From Bacteroidetes bacterium UBA1941 (GTDB taxonomy: Bacteria; Bacteroidota; Bacteroidia; Chitinophagales; LD1): DNA of 64,000 nt. The stretch lies in the NCBI GenBank assembly GCA_002336805.1, contig DDEZ01000012.1:647040-711039 (forward strand). Direction: 5' to 3'. The position numbers and the translations under genes were made by a program. Below, one piece after another: positions 55,446-64,000 of this stretch. Under the pieces are notes generated by a model. It ran no database searches. It was given only the letters and a program-made list of their open reading frames with translations, and was not told the origin of the DNA. Every line of letters begins with the position of its first letter. The stretch's first letter is position 1.

Positions 55446-55787
55446 ATGCCACGCAAGAAACGCGAAGAAGAAGATGATCTGGATCTCAACTCCAAAAAGA
55501 AAGGAGCTAAGAGCGACGCAGATGATGACGATGAGGATCTGGAAGATGAGGACGACATCGACCTCGATGAGTCTGAAGCGGAGTTTGAGACTGAGGAGAG
55601 TGAGCCATCTGAAGACGACATCAAGGACCTGGACCTCGAGGAGTTTGAAGACCTGATAGACAATAAGTCTAAGGGCAGCAAAGGCCGTAAGAGGGATGAC
55701 GACGAAGATGACGACTTCGACGACTTTCAGGAAGAAGAGGAGTATGATGACTTCGGCGGTGGCGGAGGATTCGACGATGATTTCTAA
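55446..55787 (+). CDS. Extremely acidic low-complexity protein (113 aa), unknown function
   Basis: [20 protein letters not shown]...[33 protein letters not shown]...[11 protein letters not shown]. The frame is clean with host-like codons (GAT/GAC/GAG), and it has its own strong terminator 18 nt after the stop. The antisense ORFs are Ser/Leu-rich shadow frames. Confidence 0.6.
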   Translation: MPRKKREEEDDLDLNSKKKGAKSDADDDDEDLEDEDDIDLDESEAEFETEESEPSEDDIKDLDLEEFEDLIDNKSKGSKGRKRDDDEDDDFDDFQEEEEYDDFGGGGGFDDDF

Positions 55788-55805
55788 GTCAAACAAAACT
55801 ATACC

Positions 55806-55836
55806 AGCATACAGCCTCCCGGCTGTATGCTTTTTT
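55806..55836 (+). terminator. Rho-independent terminator of the acidic-protein gene
   Basis: AGCATACAGCC-tccc-GGCTGTATGCT forms an 11-bp perfect stem followed by TTTTT. Confidence 0.75.
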
Positions 55837-55858
55837 ATTTCTGCTAAACGATAATAAT

Positions 55859-56266
55859 ATGTCACGTCCTGTCAGAGTACTGGTAGCCAAAGTAGGCCTC
55901 GATGGCCATGACCGCGGCGCAAAAGTGATAGCCTCCGCGCTGCGCGATGCAGGCATGGAGGTGATCTATACAGGGCTGCGCCAGACCCCGGAGATGGTGG
56001 TCAATGCCGCCCTGCAGGAGGACGTAGACGCCATAGGCATCAGCATCCTCTCTGGTGCGCACAATACGGTATTCCCCAAAGTACTGTCTCTCATGAAGGA
56101 GAAAGGTATGGATGATGTACTACTGACTGGTGGCGGCATCATACCCGGAGATGATATGGCGCAGCTCAAAGACCAGGGCTGCGGAGAGCTCTTCCCTCCG
56201 GGCACTCCCACCAGTGAGATAGCCGACTACATCCGCGGCTGGGTAGGCGAGCATAGGTCTTTCTAA
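55859..56266 (+). CDS. Stand-alone cobalamin (B12)-binding domain protein, methylmalonyl-CoA mutase C-terminal-domain-like
   Basis: [33 protein letters not shown] carries the DxHxxG B12-binding motif, and GGGIIP lies downstream. The protein is 135 aa. Confidence 0.85.
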   Translation: MSRPVRVLVAKVGLDGHDRGAKVIASALRDAGMEVIYTGLRQTPEMVVNAALQEDVDAIGISILSGAHNTVFPKVLSLMKEKGMDDVLLTGGGIIPGDDMAQLKDQGCGELFPPGTPTSEIADYIRGWVGEHRSF

Positions 56267-56303
56267 GGCCGTCCCTCTGCTTTTTCGTATTATTGCGCCC
56301 AAT

Positions 56304-58223
56304 ATGCACTATCTATCTGTAGAGGGCCTCTCTAAATCTTTTGGCGCTAAGCCTGTTTTCTCAAATATCACCCTGAATATCTCTGAAGGAGATAAGGTGG
56401 GCCTGATAGCCAAAAACGGCGCAGGCAAAAGCACCATGCTCAATATCATAGCGGGCAGGGATACTGCCGAGGAGGGCAAAGTATGGGTGCATAAAGATGT
56501 GAAGGTCTGCTTTCTGGATCAGGAGCCGGTATTTGACCCAGCCAAGACCGTAATAGAAAACATATTTGACCACAGGCATCCGATGATAGATGCAGTGAAA
56601 GAATATGAAGCACTGATGGAAGATGAGAACCCCGATGCTGACAAGCTGACGGATGCGATGGGTAAGATGGACGAACTCAATGCCTGGGACTTTGAGAGCA
56701 AGGTACATCAGATACTAGGCCGCCTCAAGATAGGCACGCTGACCAATAAAGCAGGCCAGCTCTCCGGCGGCCAGAAGAAGCGCCTGGCTCTGGCCAAGAC
56801 GCTGATAGATGTAGAGTTTGACGCGAGCCGCAAGCTGCTGATCATGGATGAGCCGACCAACCACCTGGACTTTGATATGATAGAGTGGCTGGAAAATTTC
56901 CTTGCAGACTCTAAGATGACACTGCTGCTGGTCACGCACGATCGTTATTTCCTGGACTCTGTGTGCAATGAGATCATGGAGCTGACTCCTGGTGAGCTAT
57001 ATACCTATCCGGGAGACTACGAGTACTTTCTGGAGAAGAAAGCAGAACGCGAGGCCACTGAGAGTGCAAGTGTAGACAAGGCGCGCAACCTGATGCGAAA
57101 AGAGCTGGACTGGATGCGCAAGCAGCCTAAGGCGCGTACCACTAAATCAAAGTCACGTATAGATGCCTTCTACGAACTGCAAACCAAGGCTGCAGGCAAG
57201 ACGAAGGAGCAGGAGCTGATGCTCAACGTAAAGATGTCGCGCCTGGGTGGCAAGATACTGGAGCTAAAAAAGGTCTATAAAGCCTATGGTGAAAAGAATA
57301 TCCTGAATGGCTTTGACTATACATTCAAGAAAGGCGACCGTATAGGAATCATTGGAGAAAACGGCGTAGGCAAAACAACTTTCCTGAATATACTGCTCGG
57401 CCTGGAAAAGCCTGACACAGGCAAGATCAATGTGGGCGATACGATCGTATTTGGCTACTTTGACCAGAAGGGCCTGCAGTGGAAGGAGGATAAGCGCGTG
57501 ATAGAATATGTAAAAGATATCGCTGAACACTTCCCGCTGGCCAATGGTGACAAGGTTTCTGCTACTAAATTTTTGGAGCTATTCCAGTTTACACCGGAGC
57601 AGCAGTTTACATTTATATCAAAGCTCAGTGGTGGCGAGAAGAAACGCCTACAGCTATTGGCCATCCTCTTCACCAATCCAAACTTCCTGATACTGGATGA
57701 GCCTACCAATGACCTGGACCTGATCACACTGCAGGTATTGGAAGACTTCCTACTCTCCTATCAGGGCTGCGTGATCATCGTATCTCACGACAGGTACTTT
57801 ATGGATAAGCTGGTAGACCACTTGTTTGTATTTGAGGGCAAGGGCGTGATACGCGACTTTCCGGGCAACTATACGCTGTATCGCTTCTACAAAGATCAAG
57901 AGAAAAAGACTGGTACTTTCAGCCAGGATGCCAAATCGTCTCTACTACAGGCAGAGCCAGAGGTAAAAGAAGAAAAGCCTGTGGTAAAATCAGAATCAGC
58001 ACCTTCCAAAAAAATGTCATTCAAAGAAAAGTTTGAGTTTGAAGCGCTGGAGAAAGAACTACCTGTACTCACCAAGGAGCGCGATGAGCTAAACGATAAG
58101 ATAGCCGCAGGCACCCTGCCATATGAAGAGTTGCAAAAGGTCCTCGCACGGATAGCAGTAGTGACAGGACAGCTGGAAGAGAAAGAACTCCGCTGGCTGG
58201 AGCTGAGTGAGAAAACGGCTTAA
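56304..58223 (+). CDS. ABC-F family ATPase (second copy, Uup-like with coiled-coil C-terminus)
   Basis: It has Walker A motifs AKNGAGKST and GENGVGKTT, and signature motifs LSGGQKKR and LSGGEKKR. There are no TM segments. Confidence 0.95.
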   Translation: MHYLSVEGLSKSFGAKPVFSNITLNISEGDKVGLIAKNGAGKSTMLNIIAGRDTAEEGKVWVHKDVKVCFLDQEPVFDPAKTVIENIFDHRHPMIDAVKEYEALMEDENPDADKLTDAMGKMDELNAWDFESKVHQILGRLKIGTLTNKAGQLSGGQKKRLALAKTLIDVEFDASRKLLIMDEPTNHLDFDMIEWLENFLADSKMTLLLVTHDRYFLDSVCNEIMELTPGELYTYPGDYEYFLEKKAEREATESASVDKARNLMRKELDWMRKQPKARTTKSKSRIDAFYELQTKAAGKTKEQELMLNVKMSRLGGKILELKKVYKAYGEKNILNGFDYTFKKGDRIGIIGENGVGKTTFLNILLGLEKPDTGKINVGDTIVFGYFDQKGLQWKEDKRVIEYVKDIAEHFPLANGDKVSATKFLELFQFTPEQQFTFISKLSGGEKKRLQLLAILFTNPNFLILDEPTNDLDLITLQVLEDFLLSYQGCVIIVSHDRYFMDKLVDHLFVFEGKGVIRDFPGNYTLYRFYKDQEKKTGTFSQDAKSSLLQAEPEVKEEKPVVKSESAPSKKMSFKEKFEFEALEKELPVLTKERDELNDKIAAGTLPYEELQKVLARIAVVTGQLEEKELRWLELSEKTA

Positions 58224-58240
58224 GGCTAATGCAAAACAAA

Positions 58241-58272
58241 AACAGCGCAGGTATTCACCTCGCGCTGTTTTA
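58241..58272. terminator. Terminator hairpin between convergent ABC-F and giant cargo genes
   Basis: AACAGCGC-aggtattcacctc-GCGCTGTT is followed by TTAAG and preceded by an A-rich run. Confidence 0.55.
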
Positions 58273-58298
58273 AGAAAAAAAACCGTTTATCTTTCAGA

Positions 58299-61200
58299 CT
58301 ACTTAGTCACTATTATCTTGCCTGAGAAGGTGGCGTTAGACTCAGATATCACATTCACGATGTAGATGCCGGCAGCCAGGTCGAGGTCCTGCACCATATA
58401 CTCCTGCATCTGATCCTGCATATCATTGGTATACACTACCTGACCCATCTGGTTGGTGATCACTACCTGCTTGATATTCTCATTTGACTCCCTCAGGGCG
58501 ATATTGAGCGCACGACCCGATGCCAGTGGATTAGGATATACCTGCATGATGGTAGTATTGACCTGCTCTACACTGGCAGCGCCAAACTCTACTACAGCTA
58601 TATCAGAGTATTCATACTTGCCGTCTTCATCTACCTGCTTCAGCCTGTAGTAGTTGCTACCAGAGACTGGCTTGCTATCTACCAGTGCGTAGTCTTGCTG
58701 CTCGTTAGTAGTACCATGACCTTTCACTTCTCCTATCTTTTCCCAGCTGATACCATCTGCAGACCTCTCGACCTCAAAGTGATCGTTATTGATCTCAGAG
58801 GCGGTAGACCACCTGAGCTGTGCCTGTGTATTCTCATACTTATCGGCTGTGAAAGATATCAGCTTGACAGGCAGTGCGTATGTCCACTGGATAGTATAAG
58901 GAGCCGGAGCCGGGTCTACCTTGCTGGCAGCATCAGTAGTCGCATAGTTGAATGTCAGTGACTGAGAACCTGTACCGCTAAACTTCACCATGAACTTGGT
59001 CGGGTCCACGTTGGTGATCACAGTATAGCCGGTGATCTCCTCATATACCTGCAGCGCGCCGTCACCATTTGCATCATAGAAGAGTTGATTGCCATTCAGG
59101 CCAGACAAGCTGGTGATAGTAAACTTGCTACCTGCGGTGAAGGCACCGTCTTCCGGATCTGTACCAGAGAACATACCCAGGCCATTGCTGGCCGTGATCG
59201 CTTTCACTGTATAGTGAAGTGGCTTAGGGATAGTATATGTCTTAGGTGTAGAGCTAGGCAGCTGATCATAGCCCAGGTATACATTCGTCACATTGGTCGC
59301 CGTCACGCTCACTGGCAGTTGACTAGGGGTCGTGTATACGCCTGCACCGGAGGTATTGTTTGAGCCATATTGAGACTTGGTACCTACCCAGTTTGTAGGC
59401 CATGTGCTGGCCGGTGTAGCCGCGCCTACGGATGGATTTGTGACGCTCGGCGTGATCTTCATGCTGGTAGTATATGCCGGCACCGTAGCGAACGAGAATG
59501 AACCATCAGCTGCTACGACACTCGATGCCAGTACCGTATTGGTGCTGCCGGAGAGTATCGCATAGAGCACCTGGCCACGATTGCTGGTGATCTCCACGCC
59601 ATCTTTCAGGCCATTGCCATTGGCATCATCCAGCATTTTGCCACTGAGATTCACCTGGCAGTTTGATACACTCACGTGTACTGCTGAGTCTACGGCACAT
59701 CCATTGGAGTATATAGCGTATACCCTATAGTATCCAGAGTCAGTAATGGCAACGCTGGTCACCGCCGGATTCTGAGTAGTACTGGTAAATCCATTTGGAC
59801 CAGTCCATGAGTAGGCAGGCGCGCTGCCTGTAGCACTGAGTGTCATAGGTCCACGGGCACATACCGGAGTAGATACAGTAGGGACAGCATATGGCATACC
59901 TACGCATGATATTTGATAGTCCTCTACCTCACCTGTGGTAGCCAGACCTGTAGGGAGAGCGATCTCTGTACTATCATTGGCTATACGGAAGCGGGCATAA
60001 GTAGTAGGAGACGTAGAAGCAAAAGATGTAACTGTAAATGTCATGCTCACCGTCTGTGCCGAGGCGCTGGATGGGATCCTGACTGTCTTACGCTCTGATG
60101 CATCAAACAAGCCATTCTTATTGAAATCTATCCATCCGGCTATTACCGCGCTTTGGCCAGAGTTATTGAATGCATTGATGCTTACGGTGTATGTATTACA
60201 GTTGGCACATGCTACGGGGAATGTCACACCATCATCCAGTGCATCTGCATTGGCTGCGGTACCAGGCTGTCCGTCACCGTCGCAGGTCTCACCGGTGCCC
60301 AGATAGAGGCTTCCGGATACTGAGTGGTATGGTCCATTGCTGGCATAGAGCGTCTTGTAGCTATTTGGTGCATCACCGTAGTCAAAGAGGCTACCTACTG
60401 ATACGTCATCGAGGAAGTTACCAATTGAGTTATTGCCACCGTATGAACCCACAGCTGTAAACTGCAGACGTGTGATATACTGACCTGCCGGTACGGTATA
60501 GAATCCGTTATAAGTACCCCAGGCAGTAGTGCCATCCATAGCTGTAGCTTGCAGCGTAGGAGCTTGTGGCGGCCCTATGAGAAGCTGTGCAGTATCCTGA
60601 CCCGACCTACCCCTGTGGGAGAATGTCCACTTGAGCTTGGTACCCGGCGTGGTATACACATCCTGGTAGAGCGCGCCGTAGAGGTTTGCCTCCAGCTCCA
60701 TAAAGTAGGTACCGCCATGCGCTGGCACACCATTAAATCCGCTCTGCCACATTTCGATCATCTTATCCGGCGCTGTGGTCCTCCAGTATGGGAGATTGGT
60801 CTCAGATGTAATGATATAAGAACCTGGTGCCGGCCCCATTTCAAAGCCCGGATTCTGGAATCCATTGCTACATGCAGCTACCAGTGGAGCTGTGACATAT
60901 ATCTGGTAGTCTTCCACCTCACCATTACTAGCCAGGCCAGTAGCAGCCGTCACATCTGAGCTACCAGTGGCAAAACGGAACCTCATAGAGGTAGGTCCAT
61001 ACTCTACCGAGTCAGACACAGTAAAGGTGACGGTATTGGCACCGGCATTGAGAAATACGTTTTGAATAGCATATTCACTGCCTCCGTCATATGCGTTGTT
61101 CTGATTAAGGTCAGCCCAGGCATTCAGGTAGCCGGCTGTGCTGGCAGTCACAGTGATGGTGTTAGTACCCATAGTCACAATGTTCACTGATGTAGGCACG

Positions 61201-64000
61201 CCGATATTGAAGTTCACACCATCCTCGTCAGCCACACCTATGGTGTCATCACCCAGTTCATTCACTGATGGCTGGCCATCCAGCTCTGCATCTATCTGGG
61301 TACCGAGATATACACCTGGCACGATCAGATGCCCGGCACCATTGTTGGCTACTGTAGTAGGCACACCCCATGCATCACCGTAGTCTATATCAGCCTGGAA
61401 GCCGAAGGTGAACAGCGCGCCATCACGCAGGTCTGCATTGAATGAAGTAGTAGTGCCTGACGGAGTACCCGATTTGTACGTTTCATATGTACCATTTGCA
61501 TCAGAATCTATAAGCATATATACATTCATAGAGGCTGCAATAGGTGCATAGTTTCCGAAACTGGTAGATGACCTGTCAAAAACAAAATTCATGCTGGTCC
61601 TGGTACCAGTCTGTGATGCCCTCCATGTACGTGCGATCTTTGCGTTAATGTTATTTGGCAAGCCTGTCGTGATGCTCACGGTATTTGCACCTGCATTGTC
61701 AGCCACCATCAGGAAGGAATAATATGGCAGGCCTGAAGCACCATTTATAGTGAGAACGTTTGTATTAATACTCTTAGATTGATACTGGGCGAGTGCACAT
61801 ACATTATCTACACCTACACCGAAGATGTTATTCTTATAAGAACCATTGGAGCTGGCATTCCAGTATACTGTACCATTACTAGCGATATAGTTTTTGGCAG
61901 TGGTCTGATCAAGCGTAAAGCCGTACTTGAGAGCGAGGTAGCTTTCTACCTGATATTTTTCGGTCACAGTCAGCTGACGGTTAAACAGTGCTACCTCAGC
62001 GATCTGGCCTGTCAGATACCTGCCGAAAGTGGCTGTACCCATCCTCTCACCTACACTGTAGCGGGTAGCTGCAAAGGCGCTGTTTGAGAAAGCTGCATTG
62101 GTCTGTGCCTTTCCTTCTACGAAGAAGGAGTCCATATTTGATGCGCTGGTAGTAAACATGGAGGTAGCCATATGGTACTGCCCGATAGCGCTGGCATTAG
62201 AGTACTGTCCGCGTACTGTGCTGTTTCTGATCGTGTAGAGTGAGGTCGCACCCTTTGCAAAGAAAGCGGCGCTATTATTTGCTGTAGAGTCTACAGTAGC
62301 GGCAGCCGCTACGGAGAAGATACCTGATGCATTGGCAGCAGATGAGCTGGCATTCATCACACCAAAGGCTGTAGCCTCAGTAGAAGTAACTGATGAGAGG
62401 AAAGAGCCAGTCAGGCCACCTGTACCGTTAAAGTTTACTGCTGGGTGGTAGTTGACCGCGCTGGATACCAGCGTAGGAGCTGTACCATTGATGGCTGTCA
62501 CATCATTATTGAGCTGGCTGGCATCCCACCATCCGGTCACGGTAGCACCAGAAGCTATGACGCTGTCGCCATAGAGCCACAGTGCTGTATTGCTGGTCAC
62601 ACCTCCTGGTGAGGAGAAATTGAGTACAACGGTAGTATTGCCAGTCACGGTGCAAGCGTGCGCATCAGTCACAGTGAGATAGTATATACCAGCCTTAGAC
62701 GGAGTGGCAGATGCTATAGAAGGATTAGCGGTGGTAGAAGTGTAAGCTGATGGGCCACTCCATGAATATGTATATGGTGTCGTGCCAGCTGCTGCGACTG
62801 AGGTCAGGTTGATCGTTCCGTTCAGCAGGATCGGAGAGTTAGATGTAGGTGTGGTGGTAGGCAGTGGCCATACAGTGGCTGAGCCGCTGGCAGATGCGGT
62901 ACATCCCGCTGCGTTTGTGACAGTCACGGTATATGTAGTGGTCGCCGCCGGAGCTACGACGAAGCTGCTGGCAGTAGATCCTGTATTCCACAGGTAAGTA
63001 CCACCACCTGACGCTGATATAGTAATGTTTACATTCTTGCAAGCAGAGCCACCAGTCACTGCCGGGGTAGGCTTGGTAGCTACAGTAGCTACACCGCTGG
63101 CAGTAGCTGTACAGCCTGACGCATTGGTCACTGTCACTCTGTATGTACCTGCCACGAGTACAGGATTGCTTGCAGTATTCACACCATTGCTCCATGCATA
63201 GCTCGTACCACCAGATGCTACCAGCGTAGCTGCTGTACCTGAGCAGATAGGCGCACTGGTAGCGGCTGCTGCCGGCAGTGCATTGACGGTCACCGTACTG
63301 GTAGCGCTGGCCGTACAGCCACCTGCATTGGTCACAGTCACTGTATATGTGGTAGTCGTGACGGGAGATACTGTGATGCTGGCAGTAGTAGCACCTGTAC
63401 TCCACAGGTATGTAGCGCCGCCAGAGGCTGTGAGCGTAGCAGAGCTACCTACGCAGATAGATGGACTATTGACAGAAGCTGTAGGATATGTAGCTGCTGT
63501 CACTGTAGAGGTAGCAGTAGCAGAACATGTAGCAGCATTGGTCACAGTGACAGTGTAGCTGCCGGTAGAGCTGGCAGATATAGCGGCGGTAGTAGCACCT
63601 GTGCTCCATGCGTAGGTACCGCCGCCTGTAGCAGTCAGTGCAGCCGGAGTACCGGAGCAGATCACACCATTATTGACTGCCGCTACAGGATTTGCAGCTA
63701 TGGTCACGGTGCCGCTCGCGGTGGCAGTACAGCTACCCATATTAGTCGCGGTCACAGTATATGTCCCTGCAGCAGTAGTAGTAATGCTGCTAGTAGTAGC
63801 ACCAGTGCTCCACACATAGATAGAGCCACCTGTAGCTGTCAGGCGCGCGGTCTTGCCGGCGCAGATAGCAGTGTCATTTACAGCAGGAGTAGGTAGTGGG
63901 TTGACCGTAATGATACCTGATGCAGTAGCAGTACATGCCAGGGCATCAGTCACGGTCACAGAAAAAACTCCGGCAGTCAGACTACGGATAGTATCAGTAG
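58299..64000 (-). CDS. Giant adhesin-like T9SS cargo (more than 1899 aa; N-terminus beyond the right edge): Ig-like repeats + LamG-like + two GEVED domains + SdrD-B-like + type-A sorting domain
   Basis: The frame stays open upstream of the track's GTG start at 63959 (...TDTIRSLTAGVFSVTVTDALACTA), so the gene continues past 64000. Its motifs include LTGQIAEVALFNRQLTVTEKYQVESYLALKYGFTLD (LamG-type), NGEVEDYQIYV and TGEVEDYQISC (GEVED), and LSGKMLDDANGNGLKDG. The C-terminus reads VYPNPLASGRALNI...ITNQMGQVV...GIYIVNVISESNATFSGKIIVTK. Confidence 0.9.
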   Translation of the reverse strand, partial: TDTIRSLTAGVFSVTVTDALACTATASGIITVNPLPTPAVNDTAICAGKTARLTATGGSIYVWSTGATTSSITTTAAGTYTVTATNMGSCTATASGTVTIAANPVAAVNNGVICSGTPAALTATGGGTYAWSTGATTAAISASSTGSYTVTVTNAATCSATATSTVTAATYPTASVNSPSICVGSSATLTASGGATYLWSTGATTASITVSPVTTTTYTVTVTNAGGCTASATSTVTVNALPAAAATSAPICSGTAATLVASGGTSYAWSNGVNTASNPVLVAGTYRVTVTNASGCTATASGVATVATKPTPAVTGGSACKNVNITISASGGGTYLWNTGSTASSFVVAPAATTTYTVTVTNAAGCTASASGSATVWPLPTTTPTSNSPILLNGTINLTSVAAAGTTPYTYSWSGPSAYTSTTANPSIASATPSKAGIYYLTVTDAHACTVTGNTTVVLNFSSPGGVTSNTALWLYGDSVIASGATVTGWWDASQLNNDVTAINGTAPTLVSSAVNYHPAVNFNGTGGLTGSFLSSVTSTEATAFGVMNASSSAANASGIFSVAAAATVDSTANNSAAFFAKGATSLYTIRNSTVRGQYSNASAIGQYHMATSMFTTSASNMDSFFVEGKAQTNAAFSNSAFAATRYSVGERMGTATFGRYLTGQIAEVALFNRQLTVTEKYQVESYLALKYGFTLDQTTAKNYIASNGTVYWNASSNGSYKNNIFGVGVDNVCALAQYQSKSINTNVLTINGASGLPYYSFLMVADNAGANTVSITTGLPNNINAKIARTWRASQTGTRTSMNFVFDRSSTSFGNYAPIAASMNVYMLIDSDANGTYETYKSGTPSGTTTSFNADLRDGALFTFGFQADIDYGDAWGVPTTVANNGAGHLIVPGVYLGTQIDAELDGQPSVNELGDDTIGVADEDGVNFNIGVPTSVNIVTMGTNTITVTASTAGYLNAWADLNQNNAYDGGSEYAIQNVFLNAGANTVTFTVSDSVEYGPTSMRFRFATGSSDVTAATGLASNGEVEDYQIYVTAPLVAACSNGFQNPGFEMGPAPGSYIITSETNLPYWRTTAPDKMIEMWQSGFNGVPAHGGTYFMELEANLYGALYQDVYTTPGTKLKWTFSHRGRSGQDTAQLLIGPPQAPTLQATAMDGTTAWGTYNGFYTVPAGQYITRLQFTAVGSYGGNNSIGNFLDDVSVGSLFDYGDAPNSYKTLYASNGPYHSVSGSLYLGTGETCDGDGQPGTAANADALDDGVTFPVACANCNTYTVSINAFNNSGQSAVIAGWIDFNKNGLFDASERKTVRIPSSASAQTVSMTFTVTSFASTSPTTYARFRIANDSTEIALPTGLATTGEVEDYQISCVGMPYAVPTVSTPVCARGPMTLSATGSAPAYSWTGPNGFTSTTQNPAVTSVAITDSGYYRVYAIYSNGCAVDSAVHVSVSNCQVNLSGKMLDDANGNGLKDGVEITSNRGQVLYAILSGSTNTVLASSVVAADGSFSFATVPAYTTSMKITPSVTNPSVGAATPASTWPTNWVGTKSQYGSNNTSGAGVYTTPSQLPVSVTATNVTNVYLGYDQLPSSTPKTYTIPKPLHYTVKAITASNGLGMFSGTDPEDGAFTAGSKFTITSLSGLNGNQLFYDANGDGALQVYEEITGYTVITNVDPTKFMVKFSGTGSQSLTFNYATTDAASKVDPAPAPYTIQWTYALPVKLISFTADKYENTQAQLRWSTASEINNDHFEVERSADGISWEKIGEVKGHGTTNEQQDYALVDSKPVSGSNYYRLKQVDEDGKYEYSDIAVVEFGAASVEQVNTTIMQVYPNPLASGRALNIALRESNENIKQVVITNQMGQVVYTNDMQDQMQEYMVQDLDLAAGIYIVNVISESNATFSGKIIVTK
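62640..64000 (-). repeat. In-frame tandem coding repeats (~70-72 aa, at least six units, continuing off-window)
   Basis: The units have the form NPLP...ICAG..A.LTA(T/S)GG..Y.WSTGATT..I......TYTVTVTNA.GCTA.A...VT. The repetitive Thr/Ala/Gly coding produces alternative-frame shadow ORFs (for example 62839-63405). Confidence 0.75.

Noticed and set aside
55437-55865. 142-aa and 79-aa minus ORFs opposite the acidic-protein gene.
   Set aside because: Their poly-Ser/Leu/Ile/Val products are simply the antisense of GAN-rich codons, and the terminator orientation supports the plus-strand gene.
62839-63405. 188-aa same-strand alternative-frame ORF within the giant cargo gene.
   Set aside because: It is an out-of-frame reading of the Thr/Ala/Gly repeat DNA, with a Cys/Tyr/Gln/Arg-rich product, and it is nested in a far longer ORF with clear domain content.

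Overview
This 64-kb chromosomal segment reads as a Bacteroidota genome. It has T9SS type-A and type-B C-terminal sorting domains, PorP/SprF, a fused ccoNO, a TonB-receptor+DUF4249 pair and TAnnTTTG-type -7 boxes. I support about 45 protein genes, one tRNA-Ser(GGA), one gene fragment and several repeat families and terminators. I see no rRNA, CRISPR array, transposase, integrase or phage gene. Layout: (1) 1-5.5 kb is a cbb3 oxidase cluster on the minus strand (ccoI, ccoS, ccoNO, ccoQ-like, partial ccoP-like); two of these genes are below the ORF-track size cutoff. (2) 5.5-10.3 kb holds a VIT1 transporter, a di-haem peroxidase + MbnP-like lipoprotein pair, pirin and mscL. (3) 10.3-22.5 kb is a surface-protein region with a tandemly duplicated divergent cassette: a T9SS cargo with a dockerin/cohesin-like tail plus an uncharacterised ~470-aa helical protein. 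An OmpA/TSP3 protein follows. (4) 22.6-24.6 kb holds a DUF1015 gene and a 513-bp G-rich non-coding tract with REP-like palindromes. (5) 24.7-28.1 kb is an AT-rich accessory patch whose codon usage differs from its surroundings. It carries two unknown secreted proteins, a dnaE 3' fragment, a mosaic T9SS cargo gene and three copies of a structured ~200-bp repeat. (6) 28.1-58.3 kb holds housekeeping genes (two ABC-F ATPases, thiolase, gltX, tatD, TonB receptor) interleaved with T9SS cargo, including a 2055-aa protein and a type-B cargo/PorP/OmpA trio. (7) 58.3-64 kb is a giant adhesin-like T9SS cargo gene that runs off the right edge. The best candidates for something undescribed are the duplicated cargo + helical-protein cassette and the repeat-bounded accessory patch upstream of the first ABC-F gene. 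All family calls come from motifs read by eye and from memory of the families; no database search was possible.
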